Under the pieces are notes generated by a model that did no database searches, had not been told where the DNA came from, and was given only the letters and a program-made list of their open reading frames with translations. Below, piece after piece: positions 35,870 through 49,094 of a stretch of DNA of 64,000 nt; position 1 is the first letter of the stretch; every line of letters begins with the position of its first letter. This DNA is from Ginglymostoma cirratum. Lineage: Eukaryota. Made by a program: the position numbers and the translations under genes. Location: assembly GCA_024137785.1 (NCBI GenBank), contig JAHRHZ010000058.1:11838427-11902426 (forward strand), read 5' to 3'.

Positions 35870-37708
35870 GTTACTCGTATGTGCTAATGCTGGTACCAGT
35901 GCGTGGTGAAGGTTATAGTCAACAAGTTCGACATTAATCACTCCTGCACTGCAGGCATTCCATGCTAGAAACTAGTTAGCCAGTTAAAAAGATAACAGGA
36001 CAAGATCTTCTTTAGAGCTTGACATCCTTTCATAAGCAGGAGAAGGAGAGTTGTTAGGCCTTTGGAACATTGCAGACTCCAGACATTCCCTTTTATTGGT
36101 GAGCACCGGGGCATTCATTACATTTGTTCATCAGCAACCCAAGATTATGGAGCTATCACAGCTTTAGCAGAGGAACTGTTCAGAAGTCACCATCTGGGCT
36201 CCCTCCTCCAGCTTTCATAGAAAGCTATTTTTACCAGCTATCGCAGCTCAGATGTACAACTGTACATGCCCGGGAGCATTCTTCCAACAAGGCTCAAGTA
36301 CAGATCACCTTATCTCCTTCCTTGCAACCTGCAGTCATCACTTTGTACAGCAGTAAAGATACCGCAAGAAATGGGTCAGGGAAAAGGGGCTGTACAAAAG
36401 GAGGAGGAGGAAGAATGGAACAGCTGGAACAAGAGTAAAGAAGAAGGTCGAAAGGATGTGTGTAAGTGTCAACTCGAACATATTCATTCCCAAGGCTTTG
36501 TATTTTGATACCACTGCAACGCAGATAACAGGCAAACACACGTGAAAAAGATGGATACTGTCAAAAGGAGAGGAGAGAAATACTTCTAAAGAGGTGGCAG
36601 TGACATATCCACATGAAAAGAAAAAGAGAGGAGACGTACAGTCATCCTACTTTGGTGGGGGGGGGCCCCCCCAGGGAGTGAGAGACATTTTTTCAATATG
36701 CAGTCAACAAGAGACAGATACTGATATAAATAATGGGTAGGGTTTGATCTGGAGGTAACATGACAGATTCGGGGCAGAGGAGGAGTGGGTAAACGAGCAG
36801 AAGGAAAATTGTTTTCCCCAACAGCGTGGACCTAGCAAACTATGCTGTGGGGGAAATTCACAAGCATTATTGCTGAAAGCTGCTTTGGGTTCTTTTTACA
36901 ATTCCTTGAATATCTTCAAGGGAAATGTGAAATAGCTTGCCTGCAATTGAAATCAGATTTCTGCAGTGCTGCACAATTGGCTTAAAGCAAGAAATAAAAA
37001 GTTTCCATTCCACCAAGATACCTTGGATATTTTATATGTTGAAGACAGCTGAGGAGCATGAAAAGATGATGAGAGGGTTGCTGCTGCACAGTCAGACTGT
37101 AATGAGAGACTGGAGAATATGCTGAGGTTTTATTGTGACTGGAAAACATCTGCAAGTCTGTAATTTAAGTACCATTATTAGGACAGCAAAGTAGAAGGAC
37201 ACAAGAGTAGTGGTATGACAGAGCTTGCAGTCTCCACTTAGATGCCTGATCAAATTGGTGCCTGTGATTTTACAGTAAATTAAATAGATATTGTTGTCAC
37301 AGACTCTGCTGTTCTGTCACTGAATAATTATGTCTGTCTAGAGAATGAAGAGTTATTTTAAGTGAAGCTCATCACATGCCCTCATTTTCTTTGCTTCTCT
37401 TCACATTGTAAATTATTTCTCTTGCGACATTTCCTTGATTAGTTTAGATCATATTGACCAAACTAAGATTACAAATTAGGCGCAAATCATTCCCCCCCCC
37501 CACTCCACCCCAAATTTTAGATCAGCAATGCACAGCTTTATCAGCTTCAGCTCTTTTTAGATATTAACATACATATGCAGGTGAAAACAAAATCATACCA
37601 TTTACCAAGTTTTCCCTGTTTAAAATGAAAACCAATTGATAAAATTTATTAGGTTTGTTAAAGTATTGTTGCCATACTTCTCCTTAGGTTATTCCCTCAT
37701 TTAACGCT

Positions 37709-38047
37709 GAGGTGATGGCCTAGTGGTATAATTGCTGGACTGTTAATCCAGAGATGCAGATAATGTTCTGGGGACCCAAGTTCGAATCTCGCCATGGCAG
37801 ATGGTGGAATTTGAATTCAGTAAATATCTGGAATTCACAATCTAATGATGACCACAAATCCATTGTCAACTGTCGGGGAAAAACCCAATCTGGTTCACTA
37901 ATGTCCTTTAGGGAAGGAAACTGGCATCCTTACCTGGTCTGGCTTACATGTAACTCCATACCCACAGCAATGTGGTTGACTCTGAACTGCCCTCTGGGCA
38001 ATAAATGCTGGCCTAGCCAGCAACACCCTCATCCCCTGAATGAATAA
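37709..38047 (+). mobile_element. Full-length tRNA-derived SINE with a LINE-derived 3' tail
   Basis: A box TGGCCTAGTGG, B box GTTCGAATC; body ...tctggttcactaatgtcctttagggaagg...; tail gggcaataaatgctggcctagccagc...catcccctgaatgaataag. Confidence 0.85.
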
Positions 38048-41000
38048 GAAGGAACAAAAAAAAATTAATAATAATACTGGCTACTCCTTCAAGATTAGGA
38101 TCAGTAAAACAGGTGTAGGTCATCCAGATTCTCTTGGCCTGCTCCAAGTTCCATTAGAGTGAATCTGATTGATGCCACATTTTCACGTGGCTTCTTAAAC
38201 TTCGTATCTTGCAATCCTATTTTAGTCAAGTTTATCTATTCCAGTCTTAATCTCCAATTGTTGCAACAGGTACAGCACTGAAGAGTGTTCCAGATCACTA
38301 TCATCAAATCCAATCATTAAGCTGAAACTAAAATTACAAACTAGGACATCGCAAACACGCCACCTTCACTGTGCAGACAGTTATATCAATGAATCTGTGC
38401 CATGCAAGTTCTGTCAAACAAGAATTCAACATTTTACCAGATGCTTCTAGTGATGTTAGCTGAGGAAGGAATTCTTTGGGACAACAGGATAAAGATCCTG
38501 CTCTCCTGCCAAAAGTGCAACAATCATTACAGGTGGAAAGCAGGACAATCATTTAGTGCTTTATCTCCAACTCAAACAAACAATGCAACACTCCAACTGT
38601 GCTGCACCAATGAGTTAGCCTTGACCGTGGCTTCAGCTGAAACCTTTACTTCAGATGAGGAAGCAAGTGGACCCAGCTTCTTTGGCCAAGACCTCATTAC
38701 GCAGCTTCTAGGCATCAGATGGTGACTGTGCAAAAAGTGCTTCTGTTTCCCCCCCAACCCAGACAAACCATTCACCTCAGCACACCTCCTGGCATTCAAT
38801 CTAATTAAAGACAATGATGTAGCTCATTGTATGGAAGCCTTACGCATGCCTTTTAAAAACAATAAAAAGTCTGAAAGTCCCTGCTCAGAACTGTCTTCGA
38901 AAGTAAGCCTTTTATAGCTTTGAGTGCAGTAGTAGTCATCAGTTTTGTTTTCTGCTGGTGTATCAAGGGAACACTGAGTTCCATAGACTTAAGGTCATAA
39001 ACACATTAAAAGTCAATTCATTGTCAGTCCAAATTTAGTTGCTTGTCTAAGAATGTCTCATAAGAGAATAATGAAACAAATTAGTTTGGGCAATATAAAA
39101 TTTTCCTGATTTGAACTTTTGTAGAGACAAATTTTGATGTAGTGGGAATTGTGGCCTTTCATTATTATCCATTGAATGTTTTAATTAACTGGAAACAAAG
39201 GCAACCATTTTTAGTTTAAACCTTCCAATCAATTGTCTGTAATTAGTATGGGTTAAAATTTGAGATTCGGTTTATGAAAATGCACGCAGGGGATGCTGCT
39301 GAGACAGAATAATCCAAATCCAAATGCAGAGGAAGGGCACATTCAGCACAAAAAGGTGGAGTTGTGGCTGGTCTTACGGGAATACCATTTGATACCTTGT
39401 TCAAAGGTGTCTTCGCGCTGGATCTTTCAGAAATAGCCATGGAATTAGACATTTAAAACCTCAGTCAAGTCCTGATGTTATCATATCACATTTATTGGAT
39501 ATAATGTTGGTAATTACTGTACAATAAACACAAGCTTTCTGGCAACCTTAGGACTTTGGATGCAATTTAATCTTGCATGTGAGAGCCAGGGATGACTGCC
39601 AATAGGCTGCCTTATACCCATGAAGTACTTACTGAAACGTATTTTAAAGTAATTTAATTGCTATTATGCACAGTTTCTCTGTATTCCTGTGAACTGCTTT
39701 CTAATTTCTGGGGTATTCCGTAGCAGAGTTAAGATTTTGTTCGATTTCAAGTATTAGTGCAAACCACCAATTATCAAAAATGCTTCAGCTTTTGAGTTTG
39801 TGGATGTTTAGGGTAGTCTTATATTTTAAATCATTTAATTAAAAAGCCTAATTGGTGATAATAGTCCTAGTGTTTTGTATAGGTCAAAAATTGACAAAAT
39901 TTGCTTTTTTAATATTCTTTACTTGTATAGTTCTGTAGGCAGTCTTATATTAAAGAAAAGGTATCTATATAATGACTATACTCCAATATAACCTAGAAAA
40001 TTAGAAGTTAGTTCACACAGAACAGTGGAATAGTATTTGTACAATAGCAGTTAGGCAACATAAAACACCTTATCGATATACACAGTGCAAAAGCACTAGA
40101 GTAGCACAGTGAAGTAGTGCTGCGTTGACAAAGTTTGGTTCTCTCCAAATAAGAGTTTAAACAATGACCCTAAATCACTTTGTCAACCAGAAGTGTAAAG
40201 ATCCTATGCCATTATTGGAAATCACTTGCTACGATCACACATTCGTTTACACTTTTTCCACCCGAAGCATTTTTTTTTGGGGGGGGGGGTGGAAAATGGA
40301 AAATGTGTAACAGCATAGTTTGAAGTTTTGTTCTAATTCAAAATCTTTGCAGAAAGCCAATTCATTACTTTGAATCCTACATGCACAAAATCTATTCCTT
40401 GTTCTTGTCAGAAAGGTTAGTGTTTGGATTGCTCCCTTGTTTTTATTATGTTTAATTTGTCAGTGATTGTCTGCGAAAAGAGCCAAGACATTGTCAAAGT
40501 TAGACAAGACTCCACTTCTAGCATTAAGCATCAATTAGTAATTTGTTCAAAAATCCAAAAGGAACAGTGGCTGAGATGGAATGATAGGCAAGGTCACCGA
40601 CACTTCCCTTACCCTTCAGCTCAGTCACACTGCTAAATTTGTAAAACAGTGTCCAAGATGCTCACTTTTGTTTTAATGTGTTCATGAGTTGTGAAGTGTT
40701 GCTATTATCAATTTCAGCATTGATTGAACGTCCCTTCATTATCCTCAACATGACTGAAGGTTTGTAGTCTTAAAGTTTTCAAAAAACCTTCATGAGCCAC
40801 TAACTCAAATTAGTCTAGCACCTTTCAGTTTATTTTGAACTGAAACTAGTACTTTTTTTTTTTTAAAAAAAATTTAGGGAAAATTGGGTAATAAGCCTTC
40901 ACATGGTTGGTCACTTCCCCCCCCCCCCCCACCCCCAACCCCATCAAAAAAAAAGTTAATTAGTTGAATTTTGAACTAAAACAAATAGATAGACATTCTG

Positions 41001-42589
41001 AATAAAAATCATTGTTTGTAGATTACCAGCAAACACCACCAGATATTAGGTCAGATTAACTACAACTTGTTTTGCTCTTCTATAAAGTGTTCCCTTTTAG
41101 TCATAATGGAGGTCAATCAACAAGTGACTAACCTTCATTATTGGATCCAGTTAAATAACATCCACTGACATTTTTATTATTTCTGTATTTGCAGTGAGTT
41201 GCAGGACCACAATTTCATTTTTACTAATAGTGTATTTGTTTTGACAAAGAACATGGGTACTTCTGTTTCCACATGCCTTTTAGTGAATAAATAAACGTGA
41301 CATGAGAGAAAAATGTCGGTTTCCACTGAAAAACTTGCCTAAATAGAATCTTTCTTCCAGAACATGTTTGCCAAAAAAACATTTCTTCTTAATGCTGTTC
41401 TCTTCAGACTTCCTTTCCACTTTTTCAGCATCTCCAAATCCTACTGATTGGAGCTTCTAGTAATGAACTCTCACTCCCGCCTCAAACAAAAACATTCAGA
41501 ATAAACCAGACAAGTCACACTTGGGAGCAGGCATTTTCATCCTCATGCCTGAAAGCTTTACAATTTCTCCCCCGGGACTCCGATTTATATTCTTGGTCGA
41601 TCTGAAACCTCTGTTCATTGTTAAGGAATCTTCATAAATCCAACATTTATAAAAAGAAAGGTGTTGTTAATTCAGTTAATATCTTTGATTTGTAGAACTA
41701 ATGTTAACATTGTTGACATTATTGGCAGCACGGGGGTGAGGAGAAGCTATGCAAGATACTGAGAGTGTGAAGCTTAACATTGAAAATCAAAATTGCTGAA
41801 GCCCATTAATTCAGTTGAGTCAAGCAATAAACAGCTTCAAATGTAGCTTGGGAGAAAACATTTAATTTGAAATTGGGGTACAAGTAATGAAACCTGATCC
41901 CCGTTTCAAAATCTGGGCACATAGTTGTAAATCATTAGTTTCATATTTCTTTTGCAAATTATCACTAATAGTTATTAAAAGGAGGCTCAACTTGTACTCT
42001 GAATACTGTACTGAAAACTACACTAGCTCCATTGTATACAGTGTGGCCGATCCATATCTCACGATTATCACAGGGGTGAATGAGTTCAGAAAGGCTTGTT
42101 TCAGCAATGAAAGAACGCAAGAGCAGTGTCATTGAGTTCAGTGCAGTAACTATTTATTTCTTTCCCCATTAAATTGGTCAGGTTTTTACTTAGCAAGTCC
42201 CCAGCGACTTGCATGACCAATTAAATGATGAATACCAATGGGATTTCCTTTGATGCACATTCCCACATCAGCTGACTCTAAAGCTAGTAGAAAAGTCACC
42301 AGAATAAGCTTGCTAAGTTTTCTTAAATGGCCCAGGTATTCTATGCTGTCTCTGGAGACACGTTCCCTCTAAACCATGCAAAGGAAATCGATTTCTGGTT
42401 CTGTCATGCTTGGACTTCTAATGTCTGTGGAGCATTGAAAAAAGGAAATGCAACTTTGCACAAAAAGTGCTGAGGCCATCTTTATTTATAGAGACATACT
42501 GCCTGTTACATGACTAATCAAATTTTTAAAAAAGGCTTGATCGTGTATTCAGTATGATTGTAGAATTCTTCAGTGTAACAGGGCTGTAG

Positions 42590-42770
42590 AAGCATAGGTA
42601 AAATATATTCGAGTTGAAGATAGACAAGTTTCTAATTAATAAGGGAAATAAAAAAAAAAAAGATTCTTGGGGGAAAGAGAGGCAGGAAAGTGGAGCATCA
42701 TCAGAACAGCCATGATCTCATTCAAATGAGAGCAGACTCTGGGTTGAATGGTCTGCTTCTGCTCTTACGG
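42590..42770 (+). mobile_element. Old CR1/L2 3'-end fragment
   Basis: gatagacaagtttctaatt...gcaggaaagtggag...cagccatgatctcattcaaatg...gaatggtctgcttctgctc. Confidence 0.55.
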
Positions 42771-42785
42771 ACAGAGGCCTGTAAG

Positions 42786-43524
42786 CTAAGGTAGGACTTA
42801 TCCACCAAATGACAAGATCCTGGGGTGTATTGCTAAACAAAGACCTTGGAGTGCAGGTTCATAACTCCTCCATAAGTAGAGGCAGATAGGATAGTGAAGG
42901 CAGCATTTGGCATGCTTGCTTTTCTTGGTCAGTGCATTGACTATAGGAGTTGGGAGGTCATGTGGCTGTACAGGACATTAGTGAGGCCACAAGTGGAAGT
43001 GTGCACAATTCTGGTCTCCTTTCTATACAAAGGGTTGTGAGAGATTTACAAATGATGTTGCCACAATTAGAGGGTTTGAGCTATTAGGGAGAGGTTGAAT
43101 AGACTGGGGCTATTTTCACTGGAGCAGAGGCTGGAGGGGTGACCTTAGAGGTTTTAAAAAGCCATGAGGAGCACAGCTAGGGTAAATAGACAAGGTCTTT
43201 CCACTTCCTGCCCCCAAGGTGGGGAGTCCAAAACTAGAAGGCATAGGTTTAAAGGTGAGAGGTCAAAGATTTTAAAAAAAAAGGACCGAAAGGGCAACTT
43301 TGTCCATGTAAAACAAAAAAAAAAAAAAAAAAAAACAAAGATAGAAAGTGAGCTGCCAGAGGAAAAGGAGGCTACAACTAGAGAAAAACTCATGTGGACA
43401 GGTACATGAATAGGAAGGGTTTAAGAGGGATATGGACCAAATGCTGTCGGATGGGACTAGATTTATTTAGGATATCCAGTCAGCATAGATGACTGAATTG
43501 GACCAAAAAGGGTCTGTTTCTGTG
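42786..43524 (+). mobile_element. CR1 LINE 3' fragment (degenerate)
   Basis: gaccttggagtgcaggttcat...gcatttggcatgcttgc...ttagtgaggccac...ttctggtctcc...ggggagtccaaaactagaaggcataggtttaaaggtgag...ctgtttctgtgctgtacatct; same family as 2926-3510, opposite strand. Confidence 0.85.
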
Positions 43525-45027
43525 CTGTACATCTAGGACTAATGATGTTCGAAAGGGTCAGTTCCTTTCTACCATAAGGTATGTTGAATTTTCTCAATGC
43601 ATTGGTGTACTTTACAATGCTCCATGTTGGAAAACACTCTAGAATGGAGCTGTTAGCCTTCCTGGGGCAGTGACAACCAGGGCCTGTGTTCAAAGGGATA
43701 CATTAGGGCCTAATAACTGGGGCTCAGGCCTCTAGAATTGTGGTTCTTAACCTTTTCTGTATCAAGGCACAGACTCGGGCTCCATTTCCCTTCTCATGCA
43801 CAGCAATAAAATTGCACTGGATACTACATCCAATAATAGACACAGGATCTCGGAGGTTGGAAGCAGAGAGGCATAGTCTGTAGGCCACTTGTTGAGCAAC
43901 ACTGTCATGAGACTAGTGGAAAACTAGTGCTCTAGGAAGACCAGAGCTCATGAGCGTGGGCCCTGGAGGTCATGAGCAGCACCGTGGCTTGTCATTTTTG
44001 ATCCTGCCCCTAGTGGCAGGAATGAATATTGCCTTGTACAAATCTTTACAATTGCAGCATCTGTAAAAAAGTAGTATTGTGCACCAGGACTTCCAGCAGC
44101 AGGTGGTGCCAGCAAGGGGAGGGTGGCTGGAGCGGATAAAATGGAATCTTGTTGGGGAAAAACAAAACAGGATTTCTGCACCAATCCAACATAATCCAGA
44201 GGCCATGTTTCATTGCATACCATAAACAATTCCTGGTTTATCCTCAATTTCTGTTTCTGCTTGTAAAAAACACTCGATGCCAATTACATAAATAATTGGT
44301 TTCACCATCTTTGGGGTATCCACATATTCAAAGAATGTTGCATTTCATGGTTTTTAATGCATGAAAATGTAGCAGTAATATCCCACAAGCGGGATTATGG
44401 CCGATGCCCAGTGTATTTTGAAAGTTTAGTGGTAGACATACAGTTCATTGAAGAGCAAGAATGCCTTTGTACTATTCAATACGGCATACATTTTGACTTA
44501 ATATCCCATCCAAAAGGCAACATTTGACAGGATAACACTATCCAGTCTTAGCCAGTCTCAGTGGACAGACATCCTCACTACCAATACTGTTTGGCATTTG
44601 TGCTGTAGTGATTTAGCTGTAAAGGCACTGAATATATGCACAAGGCTTCCTTCAGAGCCAGCACAGTTTAGAGTGTTTTTAAATAAAAAAAACAAACAAA
44701 AAACAGCAGACAGTACCACTTCATCTTTAAAGAAGAGTTCTGGCCTAAAAAGGGTTGGTTTCCTGTAAGTACAATAATTGTAGTTTCTACCAACAAACTA
44801 CATACCCTGTAATTTTTTGGGGTATAGTGGATGTGCATGTTTACACTCTTCAGGCCTCCTTTCCTTACTAAGTATCAGCAGCTGTAAAGCCTGCTGAAAA
44901 AGTGAAATCAGTTTGTCACAAGACACAAAACTATAATTCCTGGTTGACTGATGGTTGTGCATTTAAGTATCCTTTACACGACAAAGCAGTGTTCCAAAAC
45001 AAGTAAACTTCCCAATGATAGCTGAAT

Positions 45028-45250
45028 ACAGAATCCCTACCGTGTGGAAACAGGCCCTTCAGCCCAACAAGTCCACACCAACCCTCAGAGCATCCCACCT
45101 AGACCCATCCTTTTACACCCCATCCAACTTACACATCCCTGAACACAATGGGCAATTTAGCATGGCCAATCTACCTAGCCTGCACATCTTTTGGACGGTG
45201 AGGGGAAACCAGAGCACCCAACAGGAAATCCATGCAGACATGGGAGAATT
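45028..45250 (-). mobile_element. 5'-truncated HE1-type SINE
   Basis: The 3' two-thirds of HE1; the tRNA head is absent. Confidence 0.88.
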
Positions 45251-46292
45251 GATAAAAGCATTGCATTAAATATTATATGGTTAAAAATCAGCCATAACAA
45301 TAACCCTTAAATTCATGCTCATGGTAAGGCTGATTTCTAAAAATTAGTTTCAAGAAAAGTCACTCTTGCCAGAAAGAAAGCAAGTTTGCTAAGTTGCACA
45401 CTCCAAAAAAAAAAAAAGGCAAAACAATATAAAGTGAGGAAATAATCAGCAGTTTGAGAACTACTTGACTGACTCAGTTGCATTTAATTCTCATTAATTA
45501 ATTAACAAACAAACAAAAAGAGTTGGGAATTATTCCTTGGAGTACAAGGATTACAGATTTTTGTTGAATTTTACCAAATGCTTTATTGCACAAAAAAAAA
45601 AACAACTTTGCTGCACTGCTGCCAAGGTGCTCGGAACATTGAAGCTCAAAGTACTGTTGGGTTGAATATTATAGTCATTATGTAAGTGAAATCCTAAATT
45701 AAAACTGAAGCAAGTTTTTAAACATATAAAAGTGAAGGTCTCATCCTGAAAACAACCATAAGAGCCCAATCTGAAGTACTTGAGGCTAGAAAGGTCAGGT
45801 AACTTCCTTTTCTCATTGTAGATCTAGGTGCAGTCCCCATTTTGAACAGTTGTCATTTTCAGAATCTAACATGAAGTTGTGCTGGGTTTTGCAAATAGCA
45901 ATTTCATGCAAGACTCATCATTACTGTGCAGGTGCTTACATACTGCAGGCTGGAACCTGCTGATCCAAAAATCACTCAAGAGATTTGGTTTTGTTGAGCA
46001 CCTTGGCAGTGAAGAGTTGAGTTGATCACCTCAAGCCCTTAGCAATACATTTCAGCCATTGATGTTTCAACTTGTTAACCATAAAAGTGGCTTTTGGCAA
46101 TTCTTGCTTCTGACCAGAGGCATTCCAAATTCTTTGTTGGGGTGGGGGTATGGACTTCAGGTTGCATAATTACTCATTACTACACTCAACGTGCACACCT
46201 CTTCTACTTGTGGCGTGGCGGGGCAGGGCGGGGGGGGTAGGGGGAGGAAAGAGGAGGAATTGTCAGTATCAGAGCTGGATAGTTCCACTTAC

Positions 46293-46420
46293 CTGCATTC
46301 TCAGAATGGAAGGTCATGTCAGTGCAGAGCGAGAGCAAGACAAGAAAAAGCTACCAAAAGAAAACCAGAATTCTAGTTTGATAGCACAAGAGACCACTCA
46401 CTCCAAGCAAGCCAAAAAAA
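46293..46420 (-). CDS. Candidate alternative first exon, ATG at 46317, encoding MTFHSENA + G (phase 1)
   Basis: Perfect donor CAG|GTAAGT (plus acttac 46287-46292); pyrimidine-rich UTR-like leader; ATG in gacATG context. The 5' boundary is uncertain. Confidence 0.4.
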
Positions 46421-49005
46421 GAAGACTGATCTATTGCCCATTCTGTCACCTTTATCTTCAACATAATCTGTTCCCTGCTTCATCACATGGAGTAAATTGA
46501 GCACTCTACCCCTAGCAATGCAAACAGAATTGGTCTCATTTACTAACCACCTTGGCAATCTTTCTTCACTAGGTACCCAAAATGGAAGTAGGTTCAGTCT
46601 GCTTAAAAATCAGTCCAAAAGGAAATTCTAATGTTTCTTAGCCAGCTTAAAAAAAAAATTTCATTGTATCGGGGTTACATTCCCATTTGGGAATCCTCCT
46701 AATGAACCTGTTTGCTATTTTTAGTTCCTTGTTGCAAAGAAAGACAAAGTTTAAGTGATTCCTAACCAATGTTTTGTACAAATTCAATTCAGTTTGCTTT
46801 TCCCTTCCATCACTTAAAAGCTAAAGCATTATTTAGGACTCAGTTTTTGAAAGAACTACTTGCATGCTTACATCACCACATGCTTTCAACTCTCTAGCAT
46901 TTGTTTGAGATGCAGTTTGTAATGCCTGGAGAAAGGTACTTTTTAAAAACCAAACCACTGGTTAGTGTTGGGAACTTTAGAAAAAAAAAGTGTCATCTCC
47001 ATTCACCTCCTGTTCATAATTTAATTTTGCCATAAATAGAGACGAACTGGCCTTGGATTAGATTTTCTTAAATCTGAATAAACCCAATCCCTTAAGCTCC
47101 AGCAAGGAGAAAATTACTAAATAGTAATTAAATAAAACCAAATGCCAAAGTCTGAATCAATGATGTTTCTAGTATTTAAAATGTTTTAGCATTTAATGAG
47201 ATGAATGATTCAAACCTTCTCCAGGGTGGCTCTAAAGCCCAGTTTGTTTTTAAAATTCCTAATTTTAAAAAACAAAAAAAACAGGCCAGATTTGGATTAA
47301 CTATCACTTGATCTACCTGGGGCCCAGATTTGTACTCATCCTTAGTATAGAGGATCATGAAATACATTTGTCACTGAATTAACATTCTAGTGTACCCCCT
47401 CATTTAAGCATCTAAGGGAGACAATCATATTCAAAGCTCCATCTGCCGAGTAATTCTATTTGCTTATTGTCAGATCTACAGGAAAACAAGCTCAGCAAAT
47501 TCAAGTAACTCCGGAGTAACTGCCAAGTCATTTTGAATGGCTTGCTAACAATGAAATAATACCCCCCCTTAAAAAAAACACAAATCCCACTGAAACAAAC
47601 CTACAGCAATCAAAGTATCTGCTTGTGCAGAGCCAACATTGCCTTTTTGCAAGCAACAATTGGAACACATTTTGCTGAAGGAAGGGCATGTTACCTTAGT
47701 TTGCATCCTGTGAACCATGGAAAAGATTGGGTTCAGGAAAGGTTGAAAAGCTACTTGGTATGAAAAATTGTGAGCTGGTGAAGAGAAGCCTGTCCTGATT
47801 AAACAGGGGTAAAAAAAGGGTAGCTAGGCCTCAGGTTGAGATAGGATGCTTGATCTGAATAGTGTGTTTCTGCTGAATCTAACGTTGAGGGAAGTTGTTT
47901 GAACATGCTTTGGGAACCTGGACCAAAGGGAGCTTGGAATTGCAAAGTAGATGCCTACACATCCTCCTCCTTTCATGTTTTAAAACATCCCTTTTGTCTG
48001 TTAAGGATTGGAAACTCTTAGCACGGAACACTGGTCAAAAGGCTAAAGAATTATTGTTAAATCACTAGGGCAAAAAAACAGCAAGCTTGGGGGAAGGCAG
48101 TAAATGGAATCTCCTTGTGAATGAGAACAGACAGGATGTAAACCAGCTGGGAGGGAGAGAGCGCGAGAGAAGCTTGTAAAAATGGACCCTAAAAACTCTT
48201 CTTGCATCTTATATAGAAGAAAAAAAGCCAGACACAGGATTTGCCAAATGGAGTAATTCTCTGCCCCCATACAACAGGTGAAACTGCAGCATCTTTCAGG
48301 CTCAAGATGTTATGAGAAAAGGTCAGCTTTCAGATTCCCTATAATGTCTTGCTCTCTGTACTTATCCAAGTTTTTGTCTGACCATTCTGGCAAGCTGATC
48401 AAATTGAACCATGATTAGAAGATATTAATCAGATTTTTGATGTAGAAGGGGTGAAGGCAAAAGCACATTTCAAAATTACAAAAACAAGCAAGTGACCACC
48501 TTTTGAGTAAGGAGCAGAGGGGAATCCAGAGACTAACATTCCTCTTTCAAATGGCATCATTTAGAGACAGCTTGTGGTCCAAATCAGAAATGGATGCAAA
48601 GTAAATCTTTTAATAACACTGCATAAATTCTGCTTTAGAAGAGAGCAGGAGATCAAAAATTTAAAACCAGACAGACAAACAAATGAAAGGTTTGTTTTTA
48701 TGAAAAAAAGACATCACATGGGGCAGAAATCCTTGCAGGTGGATTTCTGTCTCACTCTGGAATGCCAGACACCAATTTGAGGCATCCAGGATTCTCCTCA
48801 CCTGGCAGACAGTTTGAAGTTACAGTAAATAGCAATTACAGCAGATACACAAATAAAAAGAGGATAAAATCCTAGCTTCTAGTTGTAGAAGGCTTTAGAT
48901 TTCAGTCAGTAAAATGGTTTAAGTCAATTAATTCTTATTTTTCCAGCACACACTAATCTGTGTCTGTCTCCAGGGCAAGTACGCTGGATAACCTGCCCCA
49001 CTTAC

Positions 49006-49094
49006 CTTGATATGGGGCTGACAACGATGTCCTTAGTCACACTGCTCTTATGCAAGACTTAATTGCTGACCCAAAAATCAGAGATGCGAGTGGC
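49006..49094 (-). other. Candidate 89-nt internal non-coding (5'-UTR) exon
   Basis: Branch point ttCTGAC, tract ttctgcctgtttgtcctcCAG|G and perfect donor AAG|GTAAGT. Stops in all three frames and no ATG. Confidence 0.6.

Noticed and set aside
39243-39452. ORF MSNSMAISERSSAKTPLNKVSNGIP with CCC|GTAAGA
   Set aside because: It looks protein-like, but there is no homology or supporting promoter or acceptor, and its phase differs from the other candidates.
43995-44130. CTCF-like motifs
   Set aside because: Each deviates at core positions (one G short, or GGTG instead of GGCG); not supportable without ChIP data.
46293-46317. Assigning a gene name from the short N-terminus (e.g. FHL1-like MxFH...G)
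   Set aside because: Eight residues with weak similarity are not enough, and no shared coding exon is in the window.
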